Below are positions 11,544 through 22,427 of a stretch of 64,000 nucleotides of DNA, piece by piece (within the stretch, counting starts at the first letter, position 1; every line of letters begins with the position of its first letter). The notes below the pieces were generated by a model, which saw only the letters and a program-made list of their open reading frames with translations, was not told the origin of the DNA and did not search any database. The DNA is from Podarcis melisellensis (lineage: Eukaryota): assembly GCA_964234715.1 (NCBI GenBank), contig OZ174292.1; one strand, 5' to 3'. The translations under genes were made by a program, and so were the position numbers.

Positions 11544-12341
11544 TAGAAGAAATGTGAACGTGCACATCATGATGTGAGAGGAGGCACAATTGCACAACTG
11601 TGCGATAGTCTGTTCTGTGTTTCTTCGTACTGATATGTGACAATTGTACACTTACACACACTGTTTAAGTAGAGTTCAATATATGTCAATAAATGCATTT
11701 GACTAATCAAGTAATCATTCCCATAATATAAATGGTTATGAAGTTTAGAAATGAAGTTGTATTCATCTTCATTTTCTATTTCTTTTTATCATTTCTCATC
11801 TGTTTCTTTTTTAGAATGTACCTAGTTCTTTATTAAATCCCATATAGTCAACTGCACAAAAGCATACTTCACATTGCACAGTTATTTAGACAGAGCACAA
11901 AATGTGTCTCACTGCCATTAGAATAATGGTCCTAAATCATCCCCCATCCTGGCAGGGACCTGTCTGTGTTTCATTCTCTGTACAACACTTAGTAGCATTT
12001 TAAGCACTTGATAATCATAATTTATTTATCACTTTTTATTATTATCTTGACCTTCCTCCAAGGAACTCCTGCTGGACTTATGTGGGTTTATCCCATTTTT
12101 TATTGGAACAACCCCGGGAGGTACATTAGCCCAAGTGACTTGTGAGTCGCCGAAGATCACATTATCCAGGGAGCTTTGTGGTTGTGTATGGATTTGAACA
12201 CAGAACTGCACCATACCAGGTTCAACGATTTTAACAGCAACGGCAGTGGAGCTTCCCCACTCCCAAGATAAGTTTCATTTTTGGGTGCCACCTTAAATCT
12301 CTGTAATGACACATTCATATATTTTTCAAACACTGCATGTA

Positions 12342-12476
12342 CAGTGGTACCTCTGGTTAAGAACTTAATTCATTCTGGAGGTCTGTTCTTAACCTGAAAT
12401 TGTTCTTAACCCGAGGTACTACTTCCGGGTTAGTGGAGTCTGTAACCTGAAGCGTTTGTAACCCGAGGTACCACTG
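12342..12476. mobile_element. Same Tc1/mariner MITE, internally deleted
   Basis: ta-cagtggtacctc ... gaggtaccactg-ta. Confidence 0.85.
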
Positions 12477-13137
12477 TACATGTATTTGTGGCCAGGCCTT
12501 CCCAGCCATCCACCCCAATCAATGCATCTAAGTGGTCTTTCTGCTTGATCAGGAGCCATGAGCATAAAACCTGGATGTGCACCCAAGTGCAGATGCTGCA
12601 TGCCTGCACTGCATTTTTTAAATGGGACATGCATTTCTGCATGCATATCCCAGAAGTCGGTCCCCATCCACATGTTATATAGGGCACGACTGGTCACATG
12701 CAAAGACCTTTCAAAAGCATGCCCAGAGTCGACTGGGATGTAGTGCATTTAAAATAAAAACAAGTGTAGTTACAGAACCAATTTCAAGAGGCACCCTCCC
12801 TTCTCCCAGGGGTAGCAGCAGGGTGCAGAAGCCAGGGGTGAAGGGGTGGCAGTGGGTGAAGGGAGAATGTTGCAAAGCAATGGGATTAGCTAATGTGGGA
12901 AGACACCCTCCTCCTCCCTTCAGTGCACAACTTTGGTCAAGCACAAGGAGACCAGCAGAAAACAGGCTGGGTGAATGGGAGCTGCATGCTGAGTGACAGC
13001 TGGGTGCTATGGAGAGGCAGAGGAGGGAGTTGTCCTGTCCTGGAAATCAATTTTCCTTCCAGCTACCTTTCTTCCTATACCTTCACTCGCAATTTACCGG
13101 TATTTTCTTCCAGTCATCTGGAGGAAAAAATACCCAG

Positions 13138-13141
13138 CAAA

Positions 13142-13184
<43 letters not shown>

Positions 13185-13186
13185 AT
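13138..13186. repeat. (AAAT)n microsatellite
   Basis: Direct reading. Confidence 0.95.
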
Positions 13187-13430
13187 GTATGTCAAGTTTC
13201 CCAGTCATTTCACAGTCTTTGTTCCATAGCATTTGTATTTGAATGTATACACATATTATGTGTGTGTTTGAGAAAGCTGCCCCAAGTAATCCTGGCTTCC
13301 GTGCTCAAGAAAGTTACTGCCAGTCTTGTCAGGATGCAACTTGTACTGAGTCTCTGCTGCTTTTAGCACATCAATGTCATCACCAAACACCAGAACAATC
13401 CTGAGAACCCGTGAGAGGACAAAGGAACTA

Positions 13431-13647
13431 CAGTGGTACCTTGGGTTACATATGCTTCAGGTTACAGACTCCACTAACCCAGAAATATGTAGTACCTCGG
13501 GTTAAGAACTTTGCTTCAGGATGAGAACAGAAATTGTGCTCTGGTGGTGCAGCGGCAGCGGGAGGCCCCATTAGCTAAAGTGGTGCTTCAGGTTAAGAAC
13601 AGTTTCGACCTCCGGAACGAATTAAGTACTTAACCTGAGGTACCACT
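13431..13647. mobile_element. Same Tc1/mariner MITE
   Basis: cagtggtaccttgggttaca ... taacctgaggtaccact. Confidence 0.85.
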
Positions 13648-14178
13648 TGGGATAGATTCCAAGTGTATATATTTTGTAACTTAAGTCTGCCTTCTGGGAT
13701 CCAGAATGTGTGAGTAAACTATTTTATACTTTTTGTCGTGTCTATTCTTTTTCAGGAGGGAATAAAGGGGAATTATCAGGAAACCTATTTTTGAGGCTTA
13801 TGCAAGCCTGGCAACAAGTTATCCGCTGTGTAAGTTTAAAAGGGAATGTTACTCTGCTAAATTATAGAACTTGCTACCACAAGTTGGGAAGGATATTATT
13901 AAACAATATATCCTCTCCTGCCTCCCTGAACATTCCCACAGGGATGAGGGTGCTGGTGTTCTTTCTTCTGGACAAAGGTTGTGCATAGCAAGGAGGGGGC
14001 ATGATGCTCACTTGCTCAGGGATCCATAACAATCCAACAAGCTTTTATTTTAAGACTTAGACACAGTTAAAGAGGGCAGGTCCATCAACAGGGAGGGCTG
14101 TAACTTTCAGGGCCTGCTTGTGGCCTTCCAAGAGGCACTGGGTTGGTTGCTATAGGAAACAGGGTGCTGGCCAAAATG

Positions 14179-14298
14179 CATGGGCATAGCCAGGATTCTT
14201 GTTAGGGGGGCAGGCTTTTGCTGGGGGAGCAGAACATCAGATTTGTATTGCTTTTTATTGATTATGGGGGGCAGCTCCCCCCCTTGGCTACGCCCATG
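14179..14298. mobile_element. hAT-Tip100-type MITE
   Basis: TIR catgggcatagcca / tggctacgcccatg. TSD degraded. Confidence 0.65.
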
Positions 14299-14454
14299 TC
14301 TAGGTGGCTCCTTGGTCTGACCCAGCAGGACTCACCTTATTTCCTTATTGTTAACCTTCCACCAATCCTGGAGAAGAGATAGACTTGTCTGGGGAATGCA
14401 GGTGTTTTGCTGTGTTTCCCACCCTCACTGCTCCATCCTCCTCTGTTGTCACTT

Positions 14455-14875
14455 GCTATTTAAAGACCTCTTTAAGAGTCACGATTTCCCCCAAAGAATC
14501 CTGGGAACTGTAGTTTGTTAAGGGTGCTGAAACTGCAGCTCTGTGGGGGAGTCTCTCACCAGCTCTCAGCATCCTTGGCAGACTACGGTTCTCAGGATTC
14601 TTTGACTGTTAAAGTAGCATAAGAGTGCTTTAAATGTTTGGTGTGGGTGTGACTTGAGTCACAGGGTTTGCGCTGGCATGGCTCATCTTTTCCTTGCTCT
14701 CAACAGATCTAAGATCACATCTACCGCACATCTTAACAGGCAAGGCTCTCTCCAAACAGCCCTTGGATATATAGTTTACCCACCCACAGAGCTACTGTAC
14801 AATTCACAGCACCCTCAAAAACTACGTTTTCCAGGTTTCTTTAAAGTGCTCTTTAAGAGTATGATGTGGATGTGA
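14455..14875. mobile_element. Two palindromic MITE-like elements (possibly PIF/Harbinger)
   Basis: tttaaag..cccaaagaatcctgggaactgtagttt..ctcaggattcttt..ctttaaa inverted structure. A related copy lies at 16565-16720. Confidence 0.45.
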
Positions 14876-17071
14876 TCTAAATTCCCATGTGCAACAGCAT
14901 AAAAATTAGCCAACTGATGGCAGGAGGCAGGGAGAACCCAAACCAATCTATTCCCTTCTTCCTGAGCCACCTCTCTGTCATCTCCCAGGCCCTCAAGAGC
15001 ACAGGACTTGCTGTGTTTATGTGTTAGAGAAGGTGCCTGGTGATGAGGCAATTCCCAGATTTTAACCATTTGGAGCAGGTGAAACCACACAGGTAGCAAC
15101 CCAGTTTATGGTCCAATTTATGGGGGGGGTAGGAAAAGGTGATCTCGGGGCTGAGCTTCACAGCAACGGTTAAAGGCCTGCTCTTGTATATGTTTCAAGA
15201 CTAAATTGAAACACACACACATCTCACACTGAAGTTCCACACTGCTCCCTACCAGTAACTTGTGTCAGGGCCGTTGCTAGGATATCAGCAAGGGGGAGGC
15301 AGAGCGGGCTGGTAATAAGGGGCACAACTGTATTTGTCTTCATAGGCACTTGGGATTTAAAAAAAAAACCTCTACTCAATCAAAAGGCTTTTCTAAAGTG
15401 CTTTTTTCCTTAATCGAAGAAAAAGCAAGATACATATTTGACAGACATTGTACTACTCCTTGAGAGTTTCCACGCAACCACAAAAACCTCAAACTAAGAA
15501 ACGTGAGCAAGCAGAATCATGAACACCTTATTTTTACATGGGGGTGGGAATTAAATGTACCCAGGAAGGCAGTTACCCACCCCACTCCCTACTTAGCTAT
15601 AGGCCTGCCTTGTGCCATCCTGAGGCATTGGCTGACAGATGAGAAAGTGCCATTTTCTGAGCTTCCAGCAAATACCCCCATCCATTACAGTGCCCCACCA
15701 CCACCACCACCAGTGCTGACAGTCTCATTTCCCTCTCTTCAGCTGCTTCGTCTCTGCTCTGCTGCTGGAAAAGTATTCTGAGTCAAGCCTTTCCCAACGT
15801 GGTGCCCCCAAACGTTGTTGGAGCACAACTCCCATCATCACCAACTGCTGGCTGTGCCGGGTGGGGCTGGCAGCAGTTGCAGTTCAAAACATCTGGAGGG
15901 CACCAGGTTGGAGAAGGCTGGCGAAGACAAGCCTGGTCTCTGCCGGTTGGGAACGCCAAAGAGCGGAAACCAAGGGTGCATCCATAATTCATGGTGCAAG
16001 TAAGTGCTGCTGACAGTGGGCTCTTGGAGTGGGGATCATGCTTGCCTTGCCAGCTGGCCAGCAGTGCCCATTAGCTGATAGCTTTGCTCAAAACAACCTG
16101 CTTGGCAAGGCAAAAAAATTAATAAATCATTATGCTTTGGGGACTGGGGGAAGCACTCCTGCTTGAACATTTGCCAGCCTGCTTTGAGGGAGGGCGTGTG
16201 GAGCTGCCCAAAGTATCTATCTATCATCTATCTATCTAGCACATATTGTTTGTTAGGGCAGGTGCTTAAATCAGACGACACACAGGTAAGCTAGAGACTG
16301 CTGGTTGCCTTCTTCCATTTACGTACCTAAGCCTGTATCAATGCTATTTCATCAATGCTATTTCCATATTCTCAATACAGTGTCCATTTTCTTTAAATTA
16401 TTGCTTCCTGATTAGTTTCCTAGTTCTTCTTTGTAATAAATTTGTTTATGATTTTTTTAAAGAGAGATTGCCTTTCCCCACAGTCATCTAACAAACAACT
16501 TGCGTGCCACAGTTTGCGGAAGTTTGCTTGTGGTGGCCGCTGTGTTAAAGAATGACCTCCCCTGTGAGACACATGCAACATTTAAAGCGCATTGCACCTA
16601 CCCAAAAAATCATGGGAACTGTAGTTCACCCCCTCACAAAGCTACAATTCCCAGCACCCATAAGAAAACACAGTTTCCTGGCTTTTTCAATGTGTTTCAG
16701 ACACATGGTATGAATGTCTACTTGATCATCCAGGCTAAGGACTTTAATGGTTCATGTGATTTGTTAGTCACCTTTCGGGGCAATTTTTAAGCTGAAACAT
16801 GGGATGTACATTAATATATTATTTTAATTATACGTTTATTTAGACATTTTTAGGCCACCTTTTAGGACAAAATAACAATTTAATTTCCATGCTCAGGGTG
16901 ACTTGCTCTTATTACATTTGCATTACCGATGGGGAGGGGGCTCAGGCATTGGGTGGATCTCCATAGCGGGGGGCTTTTTAGCTTGGGGAAATAGCACCTG
17001 GAATGCACCTTCCTTTGGCCTTGCTAACTGTGCGTTAGAGCCCATAGGCATCACAATGGCATTGCAGAAAA

Positions 17072-17218
17072 NNNNNNNNNNNNNNNNNNNNNNNNNNNNN
17101 NNNNNNNNNNNNNNNNNNNNNNNNNNNNNNNNNNNNNNNNNNNNNNNNNNNNNNNNNNNNNNNNNNNNNNNNNNNNNNNNNNNNNNNNNNNNNNNNNNNN
17201 NNNNNNNNNNNNNNNNNN
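17072..17218. other. Assembly gap
   Basis: Run of N. Confidence 1.
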
Positions 17219-17804
17219 GAAGGGATAACTGTCGAACCTTTCTTGGCTCTTGCAAGTCTTGAATGAGAGGATAATGAGTCTTTCCAGTTTGTTTGTAAAA
17301 GATTAGCACAGAAGAAGTCAGATAATCAGGAAAATAAATAAAGCAGAGGCTGGATACTTCTTTCCTTTCCTTTGAGGCAATTTTAAAGGTAACACTTCTT
17401 TACGAGATTGCTTGCCTTTTGAATTAAAAGCAAAAGGTTGCATTTCAGCTCACTGAAGATCCTTCGGTAAAGAAAGCGCTATATACTTTGAAAGTTGAAC
17501 CTTTGTAGTCTGAAGGAAGCACCACTGAACACCACTGAGTTCAATGCAGTTACTCCCAGGAAACTGTGCTTACGATTGTGCTAATGCTAGGTCTAATAAA
17601 TTGAGTTCTGTGCTCTGTACTGCTGCTTGATTATAATAGAGACTAATAGTGACAAGTGATGAATTTCTAGGCCTCGTTGAGAATTGAAGATTGCCAAATT
17701 ACTGGGTCTGAATGGCATCCACACAACCAATCCAGCTGACAATGTGTACTTCAGCTTTCAAAACACTTTTAATAAAGTACCTCACTGAAGACTCCGGATT
17801 AAGC

Positions 17805-18545
17805 TTAACAGTCATGGGAGAAGAGGAGAGGTCCTGGTTAAGAAATAGGAAGCAGAGAGGAGAAATGGACAGTATTTCAAAGGGTTGTGGGAAGCAGAGT
17901 CCACCAAGGATCAGTGCTAGGGACCAGCAATTTTTAAGTTGTTCATTAATTATCTAGATTTGGAGGTAACCAGTGAGATAGAAAAGTTTGCAGATGATAC
18001 CAACCTCTGCAGGGTGGATAAAACAAAGGGGGGTTGCGAATAACTCCAAAAGGATCTCCTCCAAATTGGGCAAATAGACAGTAATATGACAGATGGAATC
18101 CAGTGTAAACAAGTTAAAAGTGAAGTACATCAGGGCAAAAAAATGTAACTTCCCATGGCTAGGGGTCTGAACTGACAGTGACTGAGCAGGAATGAGACCT
18201 TGGCCCTGATGAAGGTGTCAGCTCAGTGCATAGCTGTCAACTTTTCCCTTTTCTTGCGAGGAATCCTATTCGGAATAAGGAAATTTCCCTTTAAAAAGGA
18301 AAAACATTGACAGCTATGGCTCAGTGTGTGGCAGTTGTGAAAAAAGCAAATTCCATGTTAGGAATCCCTAGGAAAGGCATTGAAAATAAAAGTGTCAATA
18401 TTATAATGTTATAATACAAATCTGTGGTGAGACTGCACCTGAGCACTGTGTACAGTTCTGGGTGCCTCATCTCAGTAAGGTTCTCAGAAAGCTGGGGGAG
18501 GGGGATAAGAAAAGAGTAACCAAGATGATGAAGGGGTTTGAGCAT
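17805..18545 (+). mobile_element. Old CR1 LINE fragment
   Basis: Degenerate RT text aagtttgcagatgataccaacctc (KFADDT), gtacagttctgg (VQFW) and accaagatgatgaaggggtttgagc. Confidence 0.85.
18229..18319. mobile_element. Small hAT MITE inserted in CR1
   Basis: TIR catagctgtcaa / ttgacagctatg with a perfect 8-bp TSD, GCTCAGTG. Confidence 0.85.
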
Positions 18546-18939
18546 ACCTCTGAACAGCAGCTGCTGGGTAGCAGAAGTGGAAAGAGCGCTGTTGTACTCT
18601 GGTCTGCTTGCAAACTTCCCACTGGCATCTGGCTGGTCACAGTGGGAACAGGATTCTGGAGTATGGTAGATTTTGAACCTGATCCAAATACGTAGATCAA
18701 CATATCTGCCTGCATTTTTGGACTTTCCTTGGGTGTGATGTCAGCCTGAGACCACTGGTTGTCTCAAAGAAATGAAGATCTGGGCTCTTTTGGTATTTAT
18801 ATGCCAACGCCATCATCAGACAACAGTTTGTAGGAAGGTTTGGAGGGGACCCCAAATTTTAGGGTTCATAGTTAATGTTAAGTACAAACCCCATGTTTGG
18901 TGTATCAATTGCTCAGTTTGTGGGGTGCAGGGTTATCTC

Positions 18940-19109
18940 CAGTGCTTTTTTAAAAAAAATGTTTGGGGTACTCTCATTTTGACTCAAGAAAATCACCATT
19001 TTATAGTTCAAATCCGGAAAAATAAATACAGTAAATGGTCAAAAGTACAAAGATTCACAAAATGTTTAGGGGCATGCGTACCCCTGTGTACCCCCAGAAA
19101 AAAGCACTG
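18940..19109. mobile_element. hAT MITE
   Basis: TIR cagtgcttttt / aaaaagcactg with a perfect 8-bp TSD, GTTATCTC. Confidence 0.9.
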
Positions 19110-19461
19110 GTTATCTCTGCAAGATGCTGCAAATCAACTGGTTTGAAGGGGACCCCATATTTTGGGGTTCGTAGTTAATGGCACTGATTGTAGGCAATGA
19201 AAAAGCAGTGACACCAGGGCATCCACTCTGCACTTGGTAACCTCTGTCAGACCACTATGAATTGCATCAGTTGCAGCCTTCATCAATAGCTCCACAGCAA
19301 CCCTTGGTAAGTGCAATGTTTACACCACCACACCCACCAAACCTCCTGTTTTCATTGCCAGCCTAGAACTGCAAGCTGCTCCATAAATCGTAACAGCAAC
19401 ACACAGGATAGGGACCTGTTTCTCAAGCATCTGGAAGACCTGTGTTCATCTCAATGGGTCA

Positions 19462-19630
19462 CAGTGTCGTAGCGTGGGGGGTGCAGGGGGGGCCGGCCAC
19501 ACCGGGCGCAACATCTGGGGGTTAGGGTTAGGGGGCGCAAATCCACGGGTTAGGGGGCGCAAATCCATGGGTTAGGGAGCGCAAATTACTTGCCTTGCCC
19601 CAGGTGCTGACAACCCACGCTACGCCACTG
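19462..19630. mobile_element. hAT-Tip100-type MITE with internal TTAGGG-containing repeats
   Basis: 17-bp TIR cagtg(t/g)cgtagcgtggg with a perfect 8-bp TSD, ATGGGTCA. Confidence 0.9.
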
Positions 19631-20077
19631 ATGGGTCATAGCACGCTAGATGTGGCAACATAAACCTGTACAAAACGAAGGACAATAATATTTCTATGGT
19701 AGCAAATGCTGATCTCTTAGATTTCTGTTTTGCAGAAGATAGCTGCTCAGAGTGTCAATTTTGGGGGCAAATCTGTGTGCCTGGTTAAGTGAATCACCTC
19801 TTATTTGTGGACAAAGAAATTGGAGATGGAAGCTGAAGACCATTTCACTAAATTCTTCCTAGTTGGGGTGAAATTCTCTTGCAGTTTCTCAGAGGTGAGA
19901 CTTATTACAAGCAGTGACAGTAGCATAGTTTTATCCCCCCCCCCCCAACCCTGTGATTAGTTATTGTAGCTCTTGCAAGTGGCAACAGCAGCAACTGTGT
20001 ACCTGGTCACTCTTTTGCATCCTTCTCAATACACAGACTTGGAGTCCTTCCAGGGCATTGAGGAGGGTGAAGTGGCA

Positions 20078-20078
<1 letters not shown>

Positions 20079-20110
<32 letters not shown>
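20079..20110. repeat. (CA)n microsatellite
   Basis: Direct reading. Confidence 0.95.
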
Positions 20111-20113
<3 letters not shown>

Positions 20114-20849
20114 TGGAGAATATTTGGAAACAATCCTGCAAAGTGGCCTACTTTTTTTAGGGGACGGGAAAAGGATGGGATTAGTCTTCTGATACATTTG
20201 TGTTCAATTCTAACACAAATTAGTTTTGGTGACAGGTGTAATCTGACTGACTAGTTTATTCTGTCACCAGAGAATGCAAGCTTCAAATTACAGAATGCTT
20301 CATCAGGCAGTATGGAAAGGTAGCTGAACATCAGGAATGTTTGTTTTCAGCCACTTCATTATTTAGATGGGATTGAACATGTGTAACCAAGCGCTGAGGT
20401 GGATTGTGGCCCTGTTCATGAAGTTTTCAGCAGTCAGAAGGAGAAAAAAATGAGAATAGTTGACTGGAAGAGAGATCACAGACAGTTGTAACGACCCCAA
20501 ACCTGGCAAGGATTATAGCACTGCACAAACAAGAGGACAGAAAGAAGATAGGCACAGGAGATCAGCTAGATTGATCCAAATTCACCCAGGTGTCTTTCTG
20601 TTCAATAGCTGCAGGATCCAGCATAAGCACCAGGAGCAAGTGCAATAGGCTCTGAGTAGAGGAAAGGGTAAAGGGCTCCTCCGTTTTACCCTCCATCATA
20701 GTAGTGGTGTTGGGTGACATGGTGGCAAGGGCAGTTTTCCTGACTCTCCACAGCACCCTGCCGAAATGGCTGAAAAAGCCCTCTCTTCTGTTGTGTGTGG
20801 CACCCTTAGCTGGGTCCCGCCACTCTGTGTCTGCGTCGCTAGAATGCAA

Positions 20850-20950
20850 TGGATAAGAGTTTGAGGCTTGGCTGGGCGGGCCCAGGTTCAAATCACCACT
20901 TGGCTATGAAGCTCCGTGGATGGCCTTGGGAAAGGCACTCCCTCTCAGCC
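20850..20950 (+). mobile_element. Degraded MIR/Squam3-like SINE head
   Basis: ccaggttcaaatc B-box, then ggccttgggaaaggcactccctctcagcc core. Other decayed copies at about 11990-12240 (-), 51877-52400, 57432-57620 and 61900-62340 (-). Confidence 0.55.
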
Positions 20951-21309
20951 CATCCACCACCAGCAGCAGCACCACTCAGGCATCCGGAGCTGCCCACTTG
21001 GCCAAGGACTCTGTGGCTGTGGCTGGGATGCTACAGGGGCAGGTACGATCTGCACCAAGCAGATGGTCCTTCCATCGCGGCATCCCTGCATCCTTTCCAT
21101 CAGTGACGGAGAGGCTGCTTGGAACGTACCATCACCGGGACTGGAGTGGGGGGAGGAAGCAGCCATCTGTGAGTTCCAGCAATACATATATGGGTGTCTC
21201 TTGATTTGGGGAGGTGTGGAGAACAAGGAGGAGTTGGGGGGATGGACCTGGCTGCGTGAAGTGGGGGAGGGGGTGCAGGAGGCTGAGATCTGCGATTGGT
21301 TCTCGGCCT

Positions 21310-21728
21310 CCAGTCACATCTCCCTCCCCCCCCCGCTTGCACCACAGTTCCCCTCCTCCCCTCGTCTCCCCCTCCCCGCTCTGCTGAGATTTGCAGCTGG
21401 ACCAGCGCTCAGCGAGCTCTCTCCATCCTTGCAGGATGTAGCCGCTGCGATGCCAGCCGCAGCATCCCCGGGGCTGTAGACAACCGGCTCCCCCCACCCT
21501 TGCCCTGACCCTCCCCTTCCCTCGATCCCCTCCTGAGGGGGGCAAATCAGGCCGAGGAAGCTCCCCCTCCTTCTTCTCCTCCTCTCGACTGGATCCGGGC
21601 CAAGAGAGAGAGAGAGAGAGAGAGGGACCCGCAGTTCCACCCCACGCTTCATCTTCTCCCCGCAGCGGATTCCCTCACCTGCCTCCCTCCTCCCCACCTC
21701 AGTCTCTCCTGGGTTCTAGCATGGCCTG
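21310..21728 (+). other. Probable first exon ending ATGGCCTG|GTAAGT
   Basis: Lies downstream of a CCAAT box. Strong Kozak context agcATGg at 21721 and a consensus donor TG|GTAAGT at 21729. The start position is approximate. Confidence 0.55.
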
Positions 21729-22367
21729 GTAAGTAGCTCCTCTTGAGGAGACTTTCTATTTTGGAGGGGAGTTGAGGGAATAAAGAGAGATGGAAAAGAC
21801 TGTCGGTCAAAACATAAAAATAAAAGAGCCTGGGGTTTTTTTCCGGAGGGGGGATATGGATGAAAGACGCCCCCTTCCTCCTCTTGCGGAGGGGAATCCG
21901 GGCAGCCTCCGTCATCTGTAATGCAGAGATGCGCGGAGCTGGGGGTGGGTGCGCGGGGAGGGAGGGCAATGCGGTCGGGATGGCGTGCGGACAAGTCACT
22001 GCAGAAAAGAAGGCTGGGGGGCCGGGTGGGATTCTTTTTTTAAAAAAAAAAACCTTACTAGACCTTCCCTGCAACCTTTAATTTAGGGAAGAGGGAAGAG
22101 AGGAGAGGCGTTGAGCAGAAGACCTGGAGGAGGAGGAGGAGGCAGAATTCGAAAGCGGCTCCAGCTTTAGGGAGGGAGAAGTGGCAAAATGTGCATGGGG
22201 AGGGCAGGGGAGGGGGGAGAGCGTCCCGCGTCTCGCGCGTGGCCCCGCTCCCACCTCCTCTACTGCCCCTTCCCATCATTTTCGCCTTGGCGTCTATTTC
22301 TCGGCCGGTGCACCTTGCAATGCCTGCCCGCATCTCAAGGTGACAGCGACATGTTCCTGTGGTGACC

Positions 22368-22427
22368 GTGTGTGTGTGTGTGTGTGTGTGTGCGTGAGAG
22401 AGAGAGCGCTGCGCGCGCGCACACACG
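22368..22427. repeat. (GT)n(GA)n(GC)n(AC)n compound microsatellite
   Basis: Direct reading. Confidence 0.9.

Noticed and set aside
16903-17309. ORFs spanning N runs (also 36158-36619 and 53390-53641)
   Set aside because: Artefacts of assembly gaps.
19517-19586. CRISPR array or true telomere/fusion site
   Set aside because: Eukaryotic context, no spacers, and only a few hexamers enclosed in a MITE.
21721-21728. Assigning a gene symbol to the CpG-island gene
   Set aside because: Eight coding nucleotides and regulatory motifs are not enough, and no diagnostic exon lies in the window.
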